In this document: one piece after another, positions 11,110 through 22,602 of the stretch
How the letters are laid out: each line of letters starts with the position of its first letter
How positions within the stretch are numbered: the first letter of the stretch is position 1
Source: Octopus bimaculoides
Taxonomy: Eukaryota
Reading direction: 5' to 3'
NCBI RefSeq assembly: GCF_001194135.2
Contig: NC_068984.1
Span: forward strand, 46,621,583-46,659,941
Length of the DNA stretch: 38,359 bases
Made by a program: the position numbers and the translations under genes
The notes under the pieces: generated by a model
Told to the model about the DNA's origin: nothing
Database searches by the model: none
What the model saw: the letters and a program-made list of their open reading frames with translations, nothing else

Positions 11110-11690
11110 TATCAGAATAGATGCTGGACTTCAAGCACCAACACAACAACTAAGTCATTTTTTAGATAGATATACTCCCAAAACCTATGTGCTCTTTAAT
11201 ACCCAGTTATGTACGGGATGGTATAGATTTCATCCAACACATCCTTTCCACTGTCGCAGAAGGTACTATACTTGCATGTTACCAATCTCTATACTAATAT
11301 ACCTCACACTTTAAGCCTAGAAGCAATCAAACACTGGGTAGAGAAATACAGAGGACGGATAAATGAATGCTTCAAGACTGACTTCATCACCAAAGTCACG
11401 CGCCTAGTACTAGAAGGAAATACCTTTAGATTCGACGATAAATCATAACGACAGAAAAAGGGTACGGCTATGGGTACGCGGCTTGCGCCCTCATAGGTAA
11501 ACTTAGTTATGGTAATAATAACAACATCGAAAAATACCTTGGGAATGAGGACCCAGGTTTTAAATATCCCCAAGACACCTGATGAAGGAGGTTATATCAG
11601 ACGAAACGTTGTGTTAACAACAAACAAGATGAGGACAAATATTCGTCAAATGTAAATAATGTACACAATTCCTCATCTCTTAAATATAGA
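11110..11690 (+). mobile_element. Penelope-like element: RT fragment joined to the 3' pseudo-LTR
   Basis: Frameshifted translation APTQQLSHFLD..LIPSYVRDGIDF..VTNLYTNIPHTLSLEAIKHW..LVLEGNTFRFDDKS*RQKKGTAMGTRLAPS*VNLVM matches PLE RT motifs. It is followed by a non-coding end with a hammerhead motif and a 9-bp hairpin (11627-11635 with 11670-11678). Confidence 0.9.
11574..11615 (+). ncRNA. Minimal type I hammerhead ribozyme motif (stem II disrupted in this copy)
   Basis: gacac (stem I) - CTGATGA (11579-11585) - 17-nt spacer - GAAAC (11603-11607) - GTT - gtgtt (stem I complement). Palindromic AACGTT in place of stem III. Confidence 0.6.
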
Positions 11691-11998
11691 TCGGTAATGT
11701 TTCTTCATGCAGAACTACATTTCATCAAAAAATTGTCTCCAAAATTGAACGTTTGAAAGAAAAGGGGAGGCAGTACATCTTATATTCTAAATATAACTCA
11801 AAGAGAAAAAGAAAGAAAGAGGAAAAAAGAAGGAAAGAGGAAGCAAAAAGACATTCAGTGATGACCACATCACACCTGTGTTATTTATATTTTATTTTTG
11901 AAGAAGTCATCATCATTAAACCCATGCCAGTATAATGGTAAATGACAAAAAGAATAAATGGTGAATAGGAACGAGGATTCCTTCTCTGTCTCTCCCTC

Positions 11999-12125
11999 CC
12001 TCTCTCTCTCTATCTATCTATCTATCTGACTATGTATGTATGTATGTATCTATCTATCTATCTATCTGACTATGTATGTATGTATGTATGTATGTATGTA
12101 TCTATCTATCTATCCATCTATCTAT
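11999..12125. repeat. (TC)n/(TATC)n/(TATG)n compound microsatellite
   Basis: Direct reading. Confidence 0.97.
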
Positions 12126-12389
12126 CAGCCTATCTACTTACCTATATTTCTATCTATCCATTTCCATTTTCAATGGAGCCTTACCACAAAAAAAAAAACA
12201 AGGTTCTCTTCTTCAAAATCAAACCGCACAAAAATATTTGTTTTATATATATGAACAAGCTGTTTGTATATTGACAAAATTTTATTTGACAAGTTCGAGA
12301 AACGAACGAAAGCGTCAATAATAATAAAGAAATTTTTTAAAATTCCAAAATGTTTGTAGATATGAATGTATATCTATGTGCATGGTTTT

Positions 12390-12560
12390 CTGTATTTGTA
12401 CCCGGTACCTTTGCAGTTCGTGTAAAAGTGACCGATAGAATAAGTACCAGGCTTTAAGAAAAGAAGTACTAGCGTCTGTTTGTCTGACTAAAAAAATTCA
12501 AGGTGATGTCCCAGCATGGCTGCAGTCTAATGATTGAAACAAGTATAAGATAAAAATAAA
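12390..12560 (+). mobile_element. SINE family 2, 3' half with LINE-like tail
   Basis: gaccgatagaataagtaccagg..aaggtgatgtcccagcatggctgcagtctaatgattgaaacaag, similar to the tails at 14138-14200, 19938-20040 and 22240-22405. Confidence 0.8.
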
Positions 12561-12705
12561 AAATGATTTATTTATTAAATTTAAAAAGTTGCCCACAATA
12601 TACATAATTGTATTTACTAATATTTTGGGAAAAGCAAAGTAGTACAGTTAAAAGCAAAATCATAAAACATATCTCAAAAACATGTATATTTACCCTCTAG
12701 TAAGA

Positions 12706-12915
12706 TGGCGAGCTGGCAGAATCGTTAGCAGGCAGGGCAAAATGCTTTGCGGCATTTTGTCTGTTTATATGTTCTTAGTGCAAATTTCGCCGAGGTCGAC
12801 TTTGCCTTTCATCCTTTCGGGGTCGATAATATAAGTATCAGTGGAGTCGATGTAATCGAATATTTCCCATTCCGTGAAGTTACCAGCCTGGTGCCCAAAA
12901 TTTGAAATTAATATT
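12706..12915 (+). mobile_element. tRNA-derived SINE family 1, near full length
   Basis: Head ggcgagctggcagaatcgttagc (A-box-like), gtgcaaatttcgcc (B-box-like), body gtcgactttgcctttcatcctttcggggtcgat. Confidence 0.9.
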
Positions 12916-13124
12916 TACTATCTAGAGAGTACAAGCTGCCAAATTAAAGAGAACTGTAAAGTATTCTTGAAATAAAAGGGTTCGGCTCCCAAACAGCAAT
13001 AAATGATGAACTTGAGTATTTCCTTTCAAATCTAAAATATGATCTGAGCATAAGTATATATTTGTAAGAATTGAAAATTCTTCTTCTTCTTCTTCTAATA
13101 ATAATAATAATAATAATCCTTACT

Positions 13125-13329
13125 ATTATAGGCACAAAACTTGAAATTTACGAGAGGAGGATAGTCGATTACATTGACCCCAGTATTTCACTGGTACTTA
13201 ATCTATCGATCTCGAAAGGGTGAAAGCCAAAGTCGATCTCGGTGGAATTTGAACTCAGAACGCAATGACGGCCGAATTACGGCTAAGAATTTCGCCCGGC
13301 GTGTTAACGATTCCGCTAGCTCACTCCCT

Positions 13330-13330
<1 letters not shown>
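13125..13330 (-). mobile_element. tRNA-derived SINE family 1, near full length
   Basis: Reverse complement reads gagctagcggaatcgttaacacgccgggcgaaa..gttctgagttcaaattccaccgagatcgactttgg, collinear with 12706-12915. Confidence 0.9.
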
Positions 13331-13448
<118 letters not shown>

Positions 13449-13450
13449 TC

Positions 13451-14137
13451 ATCTATATTATAATGATTGAAAAATTGCGGAACTATGTCCAGTTTTTTTC
13501 CCCACGTTATTAAAAAAAGTCATATTACATTGAAGAAATTATGAATGAATATTAAAAAAAAATTAAACTATAATGTTTAATTGCATATTAAACATAAATT
13601 ATAATGCTTAATATTACAAGATTCTCTTGTTTTAAATATCATCTTCCTTTTGAATTACATATGAAAACAAATAACTTTCCTTCGCGTTCGTAAAAACATG
13701 TATAAAGCAAAGGACAAAAAAAAAGTGAGTAAATTACTTTTAAAAGTGTTACGTTGTGCAAAAACAATCTCTATCTAATAGAATTAACTCTTCTATATAT
13801 ATTATAATGATTGAAGAAGTGCGGGAATGTGTCTAGTTTATTCTTTTTTCCTCCACGTTATTAAAAAAAAGTCATCTTACTTTGAAGAAACTATAAATGA
13901 ATATTAAAAAGGTTTTAATCTATAAAGTTTATTTGTATACTACACATCAATGCTTAATATTGTAAGATTCGCTTCTGTTTCAAACGTCAATTTCCGTTTG
14001 AGTTTCATATGTAAACAAATAGCTTTTCTTCGCGTTCGTAGAAAATGTACCCACCCCCAAAAAAAGCAGGTGAGTAAATTATTTTAAAGAGTATTACGTA
14101 GTGCAAAAACAATAATCCCTGTCTAATAGAATTAAGC
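13451..14137. repeat. Diverged tandem duplication of a ~340-bp unit
   Basis: Unit 1 (~13451-13790) and unit 2 (~13791-14137) share tattataatgattgaa, ccacgttattaaaaaaagtcat, atgcttaatatt, ttcgcgttcgta, gtgagtaaatta, gtgcaaaaacaat and tctaatagaattaa in the same order. Confidence 0.9.
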
Positions 14138-14200
14138 TTTCAAATTGTTTTAGACTGCGGTCATGCTGGAGTACCAACTTGAAATTATTTAGTCAACAAT
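14138..14200 (-). mobile_element. SINE/LINE 3' tail fragment
   Basis: agactgcggtcatgctggagtacc is the reverse complement of the ggtgct/ccagcatgrccgcagtc tail. Confidence 0.65.
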
Positions 14201-14756
14201 ATCATCTCCCAACACACTTCTTCGCACAAAGAGCGGCAAGAAAAGAAAATATTAAAATATTAACCGAGATAAATGAAAAGGGTCCATTTGCTGACAGTTG
14301 TGTCTGCAAAAAAATTCTACCGTGACGTGTGACATTCATTTCTCTCTTTTAATTGAAATATACTTTAGTTTCTTTTTAATTGCTAGGAAAGGGACACTAG
14401 AAAAGCTTAAGACGTCTATAAGTAAATATAATGAAACAGCAATATAGCAAAACGCAGCTCGTCATATTGGTAAATGTAATTCATTAATACCCATCAGAGC
14501 ATTTATTTTCAAATTCACTCAAGTAAAGATTCATGTACATTTTCCCTTGACAGTCTCATCACTTTTCCAATTTTCTTTATCGTCTTTTTTAAATGCATCA
14601 TGGATTATTTTACTGATTACAGAATATACTGTAACAGAGACTTTGTTCAATTCATGAGCATATTGTCAATTTACTCTATAATTTATGTATCATATCTATA
14701 TGTATATAAAATATCAATATGCGCAACATATACGCCAGCAGAAAAATCACCGCCTA

Positions 14757-14787
14757 AATAATAATAATAATAATAATAATAATGATG

Positions 14788-14846
<59 letters not shown>

Positions 14847-14861
14847 CATAATAATAATAAT
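14757..14861. repeat. (AAT)n microsatellite
   Basis: Direct reading. Confidence 0.98.
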
Positions 14862-15388
14862 AAATGCCCTGATGCAGTAACAGGCAGTGACTTTCATGGC
14901 TTCTCACGTTAAGTGATTGAAGTGTTATTATGTACATTGTTTTGTCTTAGCATAAAAGATGGTCTACAACAAATGTTCTGCTCAATGCAACAGATTCGCT
15001 TGTCATTTGCTTGACCGATGATATGTGCATCTCTGATCACGAGCAGAAATAGTGGGAGAGAATCATAGTCATGTGTTGAGAGGAATTCTTTGGGGTTTGG
15101 ATAATTCCTCTCTGGAAACATGAGTATTTCGTTCAACATCCTTAAACAACCCTTATTCAAGGACTTTTGAATTGGATATGTTACTCAACCTGAAGAAAAT
15201 ACTAACTGACCCCCACCTGCAAGGCCATGCGTTGTTTATCTTGATATGCGATCTCCATGTTGCGCATATATGGTTGTGATTCATGTGCCTGGTGTACCCT
15301 TATCAGACGGGTAGTCATGATGAATATTCTGGGCTTCGTACATTTTACCCCAGTGTCACTTTGATGGCATGCACTGCTCTCTCACTCA
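14862..15388 (+). mobile_element. Repeat A, complete copy flanked by (AAT)n on both sides
   Basis: aaatgccctgatgcagta...ttaccccagtgtcactttgatggcatgcactgctctctcactc. AAT repeats at 14757-14861 and 15390-15415. Carries a ~30-bp internal deletion relative to the 771-1330 copy. Confidence 0.85.
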
Positions 15389-15439
15389 GTAATAATAATA
15401 CTAATAATAATAATATCAAATATTGTCATGAAGCAAGCA

Positions 15440-15605
15440 GTTTCTGGTGAGGAGTTATATCGATTACATCGATCCCATTGTTCAACTGGTACGTATTTTA
15501 TCAACTCCCAAAGAATGAAAAGTAAAGTCCATCTCGTTGGCATTTGAACTCAGAACGTAAAGACGGATGGAGTGCCGCTAAGCATTTCTGCCCGGTGTGC
15601 TTAAT
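15440..15605 (-). mobile_element. tRNA-derived SINE family 1
   Basis: tcgattacatcgatccc..gaatgaaaagtaaagtcc..atttgaactcagaacgtaaagacgg..gccgctaagcattt. Confidence 0.85.
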
Positions 15606-15994
15606 ATCAGCATTCTCTTAAATATAACATCCATAGTTTATTTTTTCATTCAAAACCACGTGAGACAGTTAACAATTCTGTTTCACTTTGCACTCTTCAT
15701 CCAATTGAACGAAGCATTACCCAGCAGATTATACATTATAAGTGTGGCGAAGATCTAAGTTAAATCTGTGCAGAGTTTGCAATATAAACAAGTTTATAAA
15801 TAAATAAGTAAAATTGAAATTTACGAAAAAATTTGAAGTTGACCCATAATGTTCAATCTACATATTATGACAATTTATTTCGAGTTGAGCTTAGCTGGGC
15901 TGTTGAATATTCACTACATTTTTATTCACGCTGCATTAACGTTTTCATTTTCTTTTTCTGAATATAATACTATACTGCGTTTGTTCACATTTCC

Positions 15995-16230
15995 ATTGTT
16001 CAAATATGAGATATATTTGAATGACGTACTATGCAAATAATGAATATATTTGTTGTTCTTTTTGTATTATGAGATATATTATGTGGTAGATATGTCACTG
16101 AATTAATCGGATATCTCTATCATTTTATTGAATAAAGAAGTTATTTCCACAGCATTCTTATATTTTTCTGAACAAATAGAGACTAACATATGTAAACAAA
16201 ATTAAGAGACATCAAGTGAAATAAAATAGC
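15995..16230 (+). repeat. Left arm of a long inverted repeat (partner 17995-18227)
   Basis: Shares tgaatgacgtactatgcaaat, tgaattaatcggatatctc and ttatttccacagcatt with the reverse complement of 17995-18227. Confidence 0.85.
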
Positions 16231-16498
16231 AACAAAAATGCTGGAATGAATACAACATAACCAAAAGGATACAAGTGACGGACCAAAAGTATTAAAATAT
16301 ACAGGCTTGCACCAAGATATATAAAAAGTAGATATGCAGAGTAGTAGCAAGTTTCTCCAGATAACAGTTTACGTTTGAAATTGAGTTCATTAGAAAGGAT
16401 TACAGTTTATATAAGCTATATGCATCCACACGCACACAATTGTATATATTCTCTCTTTCTTTTCCACTCCCCTCCTCCCCACTTCCCTCTTTATATAC

Positions 16499-16544
<46 letters not shown>

Positions 16545-17994
16545 GTGTGTTATATCCAGTTAAAAGAAGGAAAGAAATTAGAATAAGGAAGTTGACAGTT
16601 ATTTATTAATAACAAATTGTCATCCTCTAATTAAATTTATACACACACGCGCGCGCGCACACACACACACACATACATCATAGGCAAAACTAAGAATAAA
16701 AAATACAACACAACAGGGTGAAATTTTAATAAATGTCATATTAGCGTAATGCTTAAAAAGGGAAGGGAAATTGTTTTAACTATTTGGCCACTAGTCCTTC
16801 GTCAAAAGAAAAGTATAAACGAAAAGTCAAAATCTAACAGAGGAGAAAAAAAAACGGGTGAGTGTTGAGGTGTAAGGTCGGAATGCAGTTCTATGTGTAA
16901 GTTAAGAAAAGAGGAAGTGGTGAGGTGGCTGTATAAGTGTGTATCAGTATTTTGAAATGAGAATAAGTGGAGAGCTCGTCCTGTTTATGGTTATGTTGTC
17001 TGTACATGTGCACAGATAGTGCAAGTTTAGTGGTCTGGTTTAGTGGCGGTGAAAGATGTAGGTGGTTGCTTGCAACCGATACGACGTGCAAGAAGCGTGC
17101 AAGCGTGGAAGTATGTTAAGATGGTCGTGTGCCAATGTGATTAGAAAGGAAGAAATTTGGTGGGGATGTGATACGATTAGAAGTATAGGTCAAGTATTGT
17201 CATGTAGAAGATAAATATGACCAAGATATGGAGTACAGGTTAGAAATACGACGCTGGTTAAAAAAGAAAAAAAACATTAGTTCTCTAAGTGAAGAAAATT
17301 GGTGCGACAAGCGGACGGCTGCGAGGTATGTGATAAAGATGAACATAAAAGTATTAACGGGATGCAAATGGAAGTAAGTAATAGAGAAATTAATAAAAGA
17401 AAAAGGAAAAGGAAACAATGAACACAGAAAATGATAATAATGAACAAACGACTACAGAGAGAAAAGCGAAATGAGAGAAACTTAGGAGAAGCATTGGATA
17501 AAATTTGATAAAAAGGAGGAAAAGTATTACAATAAATCACAGATAAAGAAATGGTTGAATCAGCTTCGTCAAATAAAACCTGACTGCTTTATCTTACTTC
17601 ATTTCACGCACAATAAGACAGGAGTATTAGCTTTTCTGTGTTACTGGAGTAGAAGCGTTCCACTGGTTATATGTGATCCATTTGTTGTCAATGCCAGTTG
17701 ATTTCACGCTTGGGCATGTCATAGCTTTCACTGAACATGCCCGTCTGGAGGTAGTGATATTCCTTGACGGTAAACAGGGTTGGATGCTGAATATCAAAGG
17801 AATTTTTTCACTCTTGTGTATTTGTCAGATTTATCGTTCTGTAAGAGCAAAGACCGGGAAGGGCATTTGTAATATAGTATGCCTTCAAGCACTCACAGTT
17901 TTCATTCACTTTGGCGTTCTAGCGTTCTAGGGGGAATTGATATCAGGGAAAAACAACGTCACCCTCGGGGTAAATTTTCGTGTCAATGACAATG

Positions 17995-18227
17995 AACAGC
18001 TATTTCCTTTCATTGCCTGAGTCCCACATTTTGTCTACGTATGTTACTTTCAATTCGTGCAGAAAAAAGTAAAGAAAAATGCTGTGGAAATAAGTACTTT
18101 GATGGAGATATCCGATTAATTCAATGACATTTCTACTACATAATACATCACATAATACAAAGAGGACACCAAACATATTCATCATTTGCATAGTACGTCA
18201 TTCAGCTATATCGCAGATTTGAACAAT
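17995..18227 (-). repeat. Right arm of a long inverted repeat (partner 15995-16230)
   Basis: See left arm. Roughly 80% identity by eye. Confidence 0.85.
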
Positions 18228-18339
18228 CCATAGGGCTTTTGGGTCGAGACACAAGGATAATTTTCAGAAACCTCTTTCGAGAGCCTGCTACTTGGAGACA
18301 GTGTGGTATTGGTGGGTTTCAGATATAGTATTGCAGAAT

Positions 18340-18660
18340 TATGCCATGCATATGCTGTCGTTTTTAGGGAAAAACTGCCCTATGAGATGGTATATCGTGA
18401 AAATCCTACCGCAGTCTCCCTTCGGTCATAAAGAGCGGGCAGATTTTGTATGTGTGTCTGGTGACTTTGGTGAAAGGTGTTGCCCGCTGGATGAGATCGA
18501 AATGGTTGAAGTCAGACCTCTTCCTCTTTGTCAAAATCGTCTCAATTATTTTTAAAAGTTTCGTTTGTACACGAAAATTAGCAGGGCGGAGGAAATGCTG
18601 TTACCCAGCAATGCTGGATGGAAGGAGAGCATAGTCCAAATAGCCCAGATAGCTCAACCC
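18340..18660 (-). mobile_element. Possible decayed GIY-YIG endonuclease C-terminus of a Penelope-like element
   Basis: With frameshifts: SYLGY (18654-18640) ..26 aa.. TKLLK ..~20 aa.. IQRATPFTKVT..CPLFMTE (18441-18421). Order and spacing resemble YIG..TELSK..RA.PY....C.LC..E. Identity is low. Confidence 0.4.
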
Positions 18661-19937
18661 TGCTCCGAATATGCGTCTGGAGGTCGGCGCATGACAATTG
18701 GAAGGGAGTAAGTTGACTTATTGATCAGTAGTACAATAATTTTGTAATGTTCCCACGTGAAGCCCTTCTAGATATACCCAATTCTTAGAATTTGCATTCC
18801 CTTCGATATTTTATATATTTTTTCTTTCCCTTTCCTTTTACACATCAATTTATTTTTCTATAATCATCTTCCTACAAAAACAATGGCAACACTACCACCT
18901 GGCAGACCCTCCCCCCACCGCCGCCACCGCCNNNNNNNNNNNNNNNNNNNNNNNNNNNNNNNNNNNNNNNNNNNNNNNNNNNNNNNNNNNNNNNNNNNNN
19001 NNNNNNNNNNNNNNNNNNNNNNNNNNNNNNNNNNNNNNNNNNNNNNNATTTATTTTTCTATAATCATCTTCCTACAAAAACAATGGCAACACTACCACCG
19101 CCACCACCACCACCAACAACAACAACAATAACGATCCTTTCTATTACCGGCACAAGGTCTGAAAATTTGACGAAGCGTGCTTATGGCAAAAATAAAAAAA
19201 ATACAGCTGCAAAATAAGCAGGAACAGCAGCAGAAGTAACAACAAAAGCAGCAAAATCTATTACACACACCACCGACACAGGTAAAATATCCACCAAATT
19301 CACAAGCACCGACAGTCAGAATACACCCACCACTTTGAAAATGAAAACGGTATACACAGTAATGAACACGAATAATAAAGGACTAAAGGGTCACATATAC
19401 CTAAATATATCCACCACAATCAACGTCAACATTACATTATGTAGTAACAAACTACCACATGTAAAACATCATTCACACATTGCAAAACACATACGGCCTT
19501 CAAAATAATAAATACCCCAATTGTGTATATAACTCAGAGGAAATATGAAAAAAACTGTAAAGGTGGTGGAAACAGTAATGACAGAGAGATGGTGCGCTGA
19601 AAAGTTTTGAATTTAAGAGTAACGAAAAAAATGCGAATATACACATGTAGTATATTTTCTATTCATTACAAATATCCTACATAGATTATATTCATTTGTA
19701 ATTATATATAGTGCAATTTCGTCCTTATTTAAAACTATCAGCAGGATATATCTCCACTACTATCCGCACCACATATACATATTTTGTTTAGCGATTAAAA
19801 GGTGTTTTAACAGAATCATAGGTTATGCATTGCTTTTAGTGTTTTGTCATAGGAACAATTTTGATTTTACATATTTTAAATATAATCATTGCTTGAAAAT
19901 AATCTGTTATGTATCCTCATACATTAGAAAATGCAAT

Positions 19938-20040
19938 TCTTTTATCATTTACTTGTTTTAGTCATATGACTACAACCATGCTAGATCACCGCCTTATGGA
20001 ATTTTAGTCGAACAAATCGACTGCGAAACTTATTTTTATT
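19938..20040 (-). mobile_element. SINE family 2 3' tail
   Basis: tttacttgttttagtcatatgactacaaccatgctagatcaccgcc..ttagtcgaacaaatcgac is the reverse complement of the family-2 tail. Confidence 0.75.
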
Positions 20041-20219
20041 TTTGCTTTTAAGCGCTTGTCGGGTACAAATACAAAGAACACAACCACGCACACATACACA
20101 CACGCACACACACATATACACAAAGACGAACATACACACTATTCTATTACATCTTTAAATCAGTCTAATATTAAGTCGTTCGTACATTTTTTATGATTCT
20201 TGTGATTATCGAAGAACAT

Positions 20220-20288
20220 GAGAGAGAGAAAGGGAGAGAGATAGGGGGAATAATGAGAGAGAGAGCGAGCGGGAGAGAGAGACAGAGG

Positions 20289-20353
<65 letters not shown>
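20220..20353. repeat. (GA)n microsatellite
   Basis: Direct reading. Confidence 0.97.
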
Positions 20354-20355
<2 letters not shown>

Positions 20356-21546
20356 TGATACACATATTTTTAACCGATATATGTGTATACGTGTGATCTG
20401 ATGTGTTTATTTTCACTCGTTTCCAAACACCGGTTAGAAATCATTCCTCTTCATTGCATATCATTTTCCTTGTAAATGATTATGCTAATTTAAACGAAAT
20501 ACATCGCAAATAATCTATTTTCTTCATTTCTCGTCAAAATCTCAGTATTTTATGCCCAAGTTGGCAATTATTAAGCGTGTGCATGTTGCGATAATTGCAT
20601 GAATTCCATCAACCTAAATGAACATTTTAAATCACTTCCACTACTTAACAAACACATGATTATTCACACCAAAAATGGAACTACTCATAACTTGAACCTC
20701 TTAACCTGCTAGAAATGACAGACAAATATCCCCCAAACGATAACCTTCCGACTAAATACAGACAATGCGTAATACACTAATGCTCAATAAAATGAATTAA
20801 ACACTGAATAAAATGTTTCTGAAGTATAGAAATACTTTAACAAAACTGACCTGGATACAAATAACGTTAAACAACGATGCAGTCCACAACAATAACAGCA
20901 TTTATTCAATGTACGTCTAATAATTTCTATAATTTGCAAAGTATATTTTTGCTTGTCTCGAAGTAACATTTAGAAGAAATGAAAGTGCAGGCTTAGTCGA
21001 TTCTCACCCCCACATATTGGAGTATAGAGAACGGTCTTTATCTCGTCGGAAAATTGTTATATCTACAAAATTAGATGTAAGGATCATGTAATGTTTTTCA
21101 ACCATTTACCATTTTTTTAATAATGTAATCGATCATAGCTTATATCAGGGAAGATGAAGAAAAAAATAATAAACTCACAAATTGAATTTGGATTAAGTAT
21201 TGTTTCAATCGGATTCCGACCTGAAACATGTCTCTGGGCCACCAAGAGAATGCAGTTCTCTAAATTATATGTGTTTCCGAAACTAATTAAAATAACTCCA
21301 TTTATTTCAAATAATTAATCATTAATTTGGTGTATGTTGTGCTCAGAGGAATGTTTTCTATTTAGTCAAACTCTGTAAATTTTCTCTTTCATCTCCCAAG
21401 TATTGGGCGGCACTCCAACATCCACTTACATTTCTTACTTATCCGTGCTCTCTGTTTTACTCTTCCACTTAATATAGTGCAATACGTGTGTGTATAGGAG
21501 GTACACCCGCATTACTGCAGTCAAATGACTGAAGCAAATAAGTGAA

Positions 21547-21552
<6 letters not shown>

Positions 21553-21607
<55 letters not shown>
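21553..21607. repeat. (TA)n microsatellite following a SINE tail fragment
   Basis: Direct reading. Preceded by ctgcagtcaaatgactgaagcaaataag (~21515-21542). Confidence 0.95.
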
Positions 21608-21609
<2 letters not shown>

Positions 21610-22019
21610 GGAGAGAGTGAGAGAGAGGTTCAAATAAAGGAAATCTGGAATACTGTGGAATGTTTGTGAATAAGTGTTTTGGAAAATCGGGAAAAAAATA
21701 TACCAATCGAGGTCAAAATAAAAGTAACCAGAAACCGTTAGACTCAATCTAAATCTGTACTTCTCAGTTTGGAGATGAACTCTCTGTACAGTTTAACTAA
21801 GCGCCTCCTAACATGAAGCGCATCCTTTTATAGCGCCAAAGAATAACTTTTGGAATGCGAGGACATTTCTAAAAAATATCAGCTCACTTGAGACTCCAAT
21901 GTTTGTTAAAATATATTCTATAGTGGTATTTCTCCCTCATTTTCTGAAACTAGTCTCAGTTAGCTTCTTACGTTCGAAATTTCCTTCATTTCTAAAATAT
22001 ACTTACTCACTCAATGCTT

Positions 22020-22405
22020 CAGTGATTGTGGTAAGAAGTTTGTTTCTCATTCATACGGCTCGGAGTCCATTCTCACTGCGTAGCAGTTGGGCCAAGTGTT
22101 TTCCACTATAACCTCAAGCCGATCAAAGTCGTATGAGTGGATTTGTTAGACAGAAACTGAAAAAAAGCTCGTGTGAGTGCGCGCGGCCGCGTGTATGTGT
22201 GTTTCTGTGTCTGCGATTGTCCCTTAACACAGCTTGACGGCCGGTGTTGGTGCGTTTATATCCCCGTAACCCAGCAGTTCGGCTTAAAACCAATGTAATA
22301 AAACAAGTCTTAAAAGGAATAAATACTGGGATTGATTCCTTTGACCAGAAATTCTTCAAGGTGGTGTACCAATATCGTCGTAGTCTAACGAGTGAAACAC
22401 ATCAT
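22020..22405 (+). mobile_element. SINE family 2, full-length diverged copy
   Basis: Head tgtggtaagaag, body gggccaagtgttttccactataacctc..gagtggatttgttagacagaaactgaaa, central GT-rich tract, ccccgtaacccagcagttcggc, tail ..gtggtgtacc..gtagtctaacgagtgaaaca. Confidence 0.8.
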
Positions 22406-22421
22406 TGTATATGATATAAAA

Positions 22422-22602
22422 GGCGCAGGTGTGGCTGTGTGGTAAGTAGCTTGGTTACCAACCACATGGCCCCACGTGCAGTCGCAGTGCGTGGGATCTG
22501 GGGAAAGTGCCTTCTACTATAGGTTCGAGCCGACCAAAGCCTTGTAAGTGGATTTGGCAGACGGAAACTGAAAGAAGCCCGTCGTATGTACACACACACA
22601 CA

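Noticed and set aside
17600-17990. Possible Penelope RT thumb (PKREINW) on the minus strand
   Set aside because: Similarity is very weak and its order relative to the GIY-YIG remnant does not fit a C-terminal-EN element.
18883-19131. 82-aa ORF starting MATLPP
   Set aside because: It spans a gap with duplicated flanks and a CCA/CAA repeat; probable assembly artefact.
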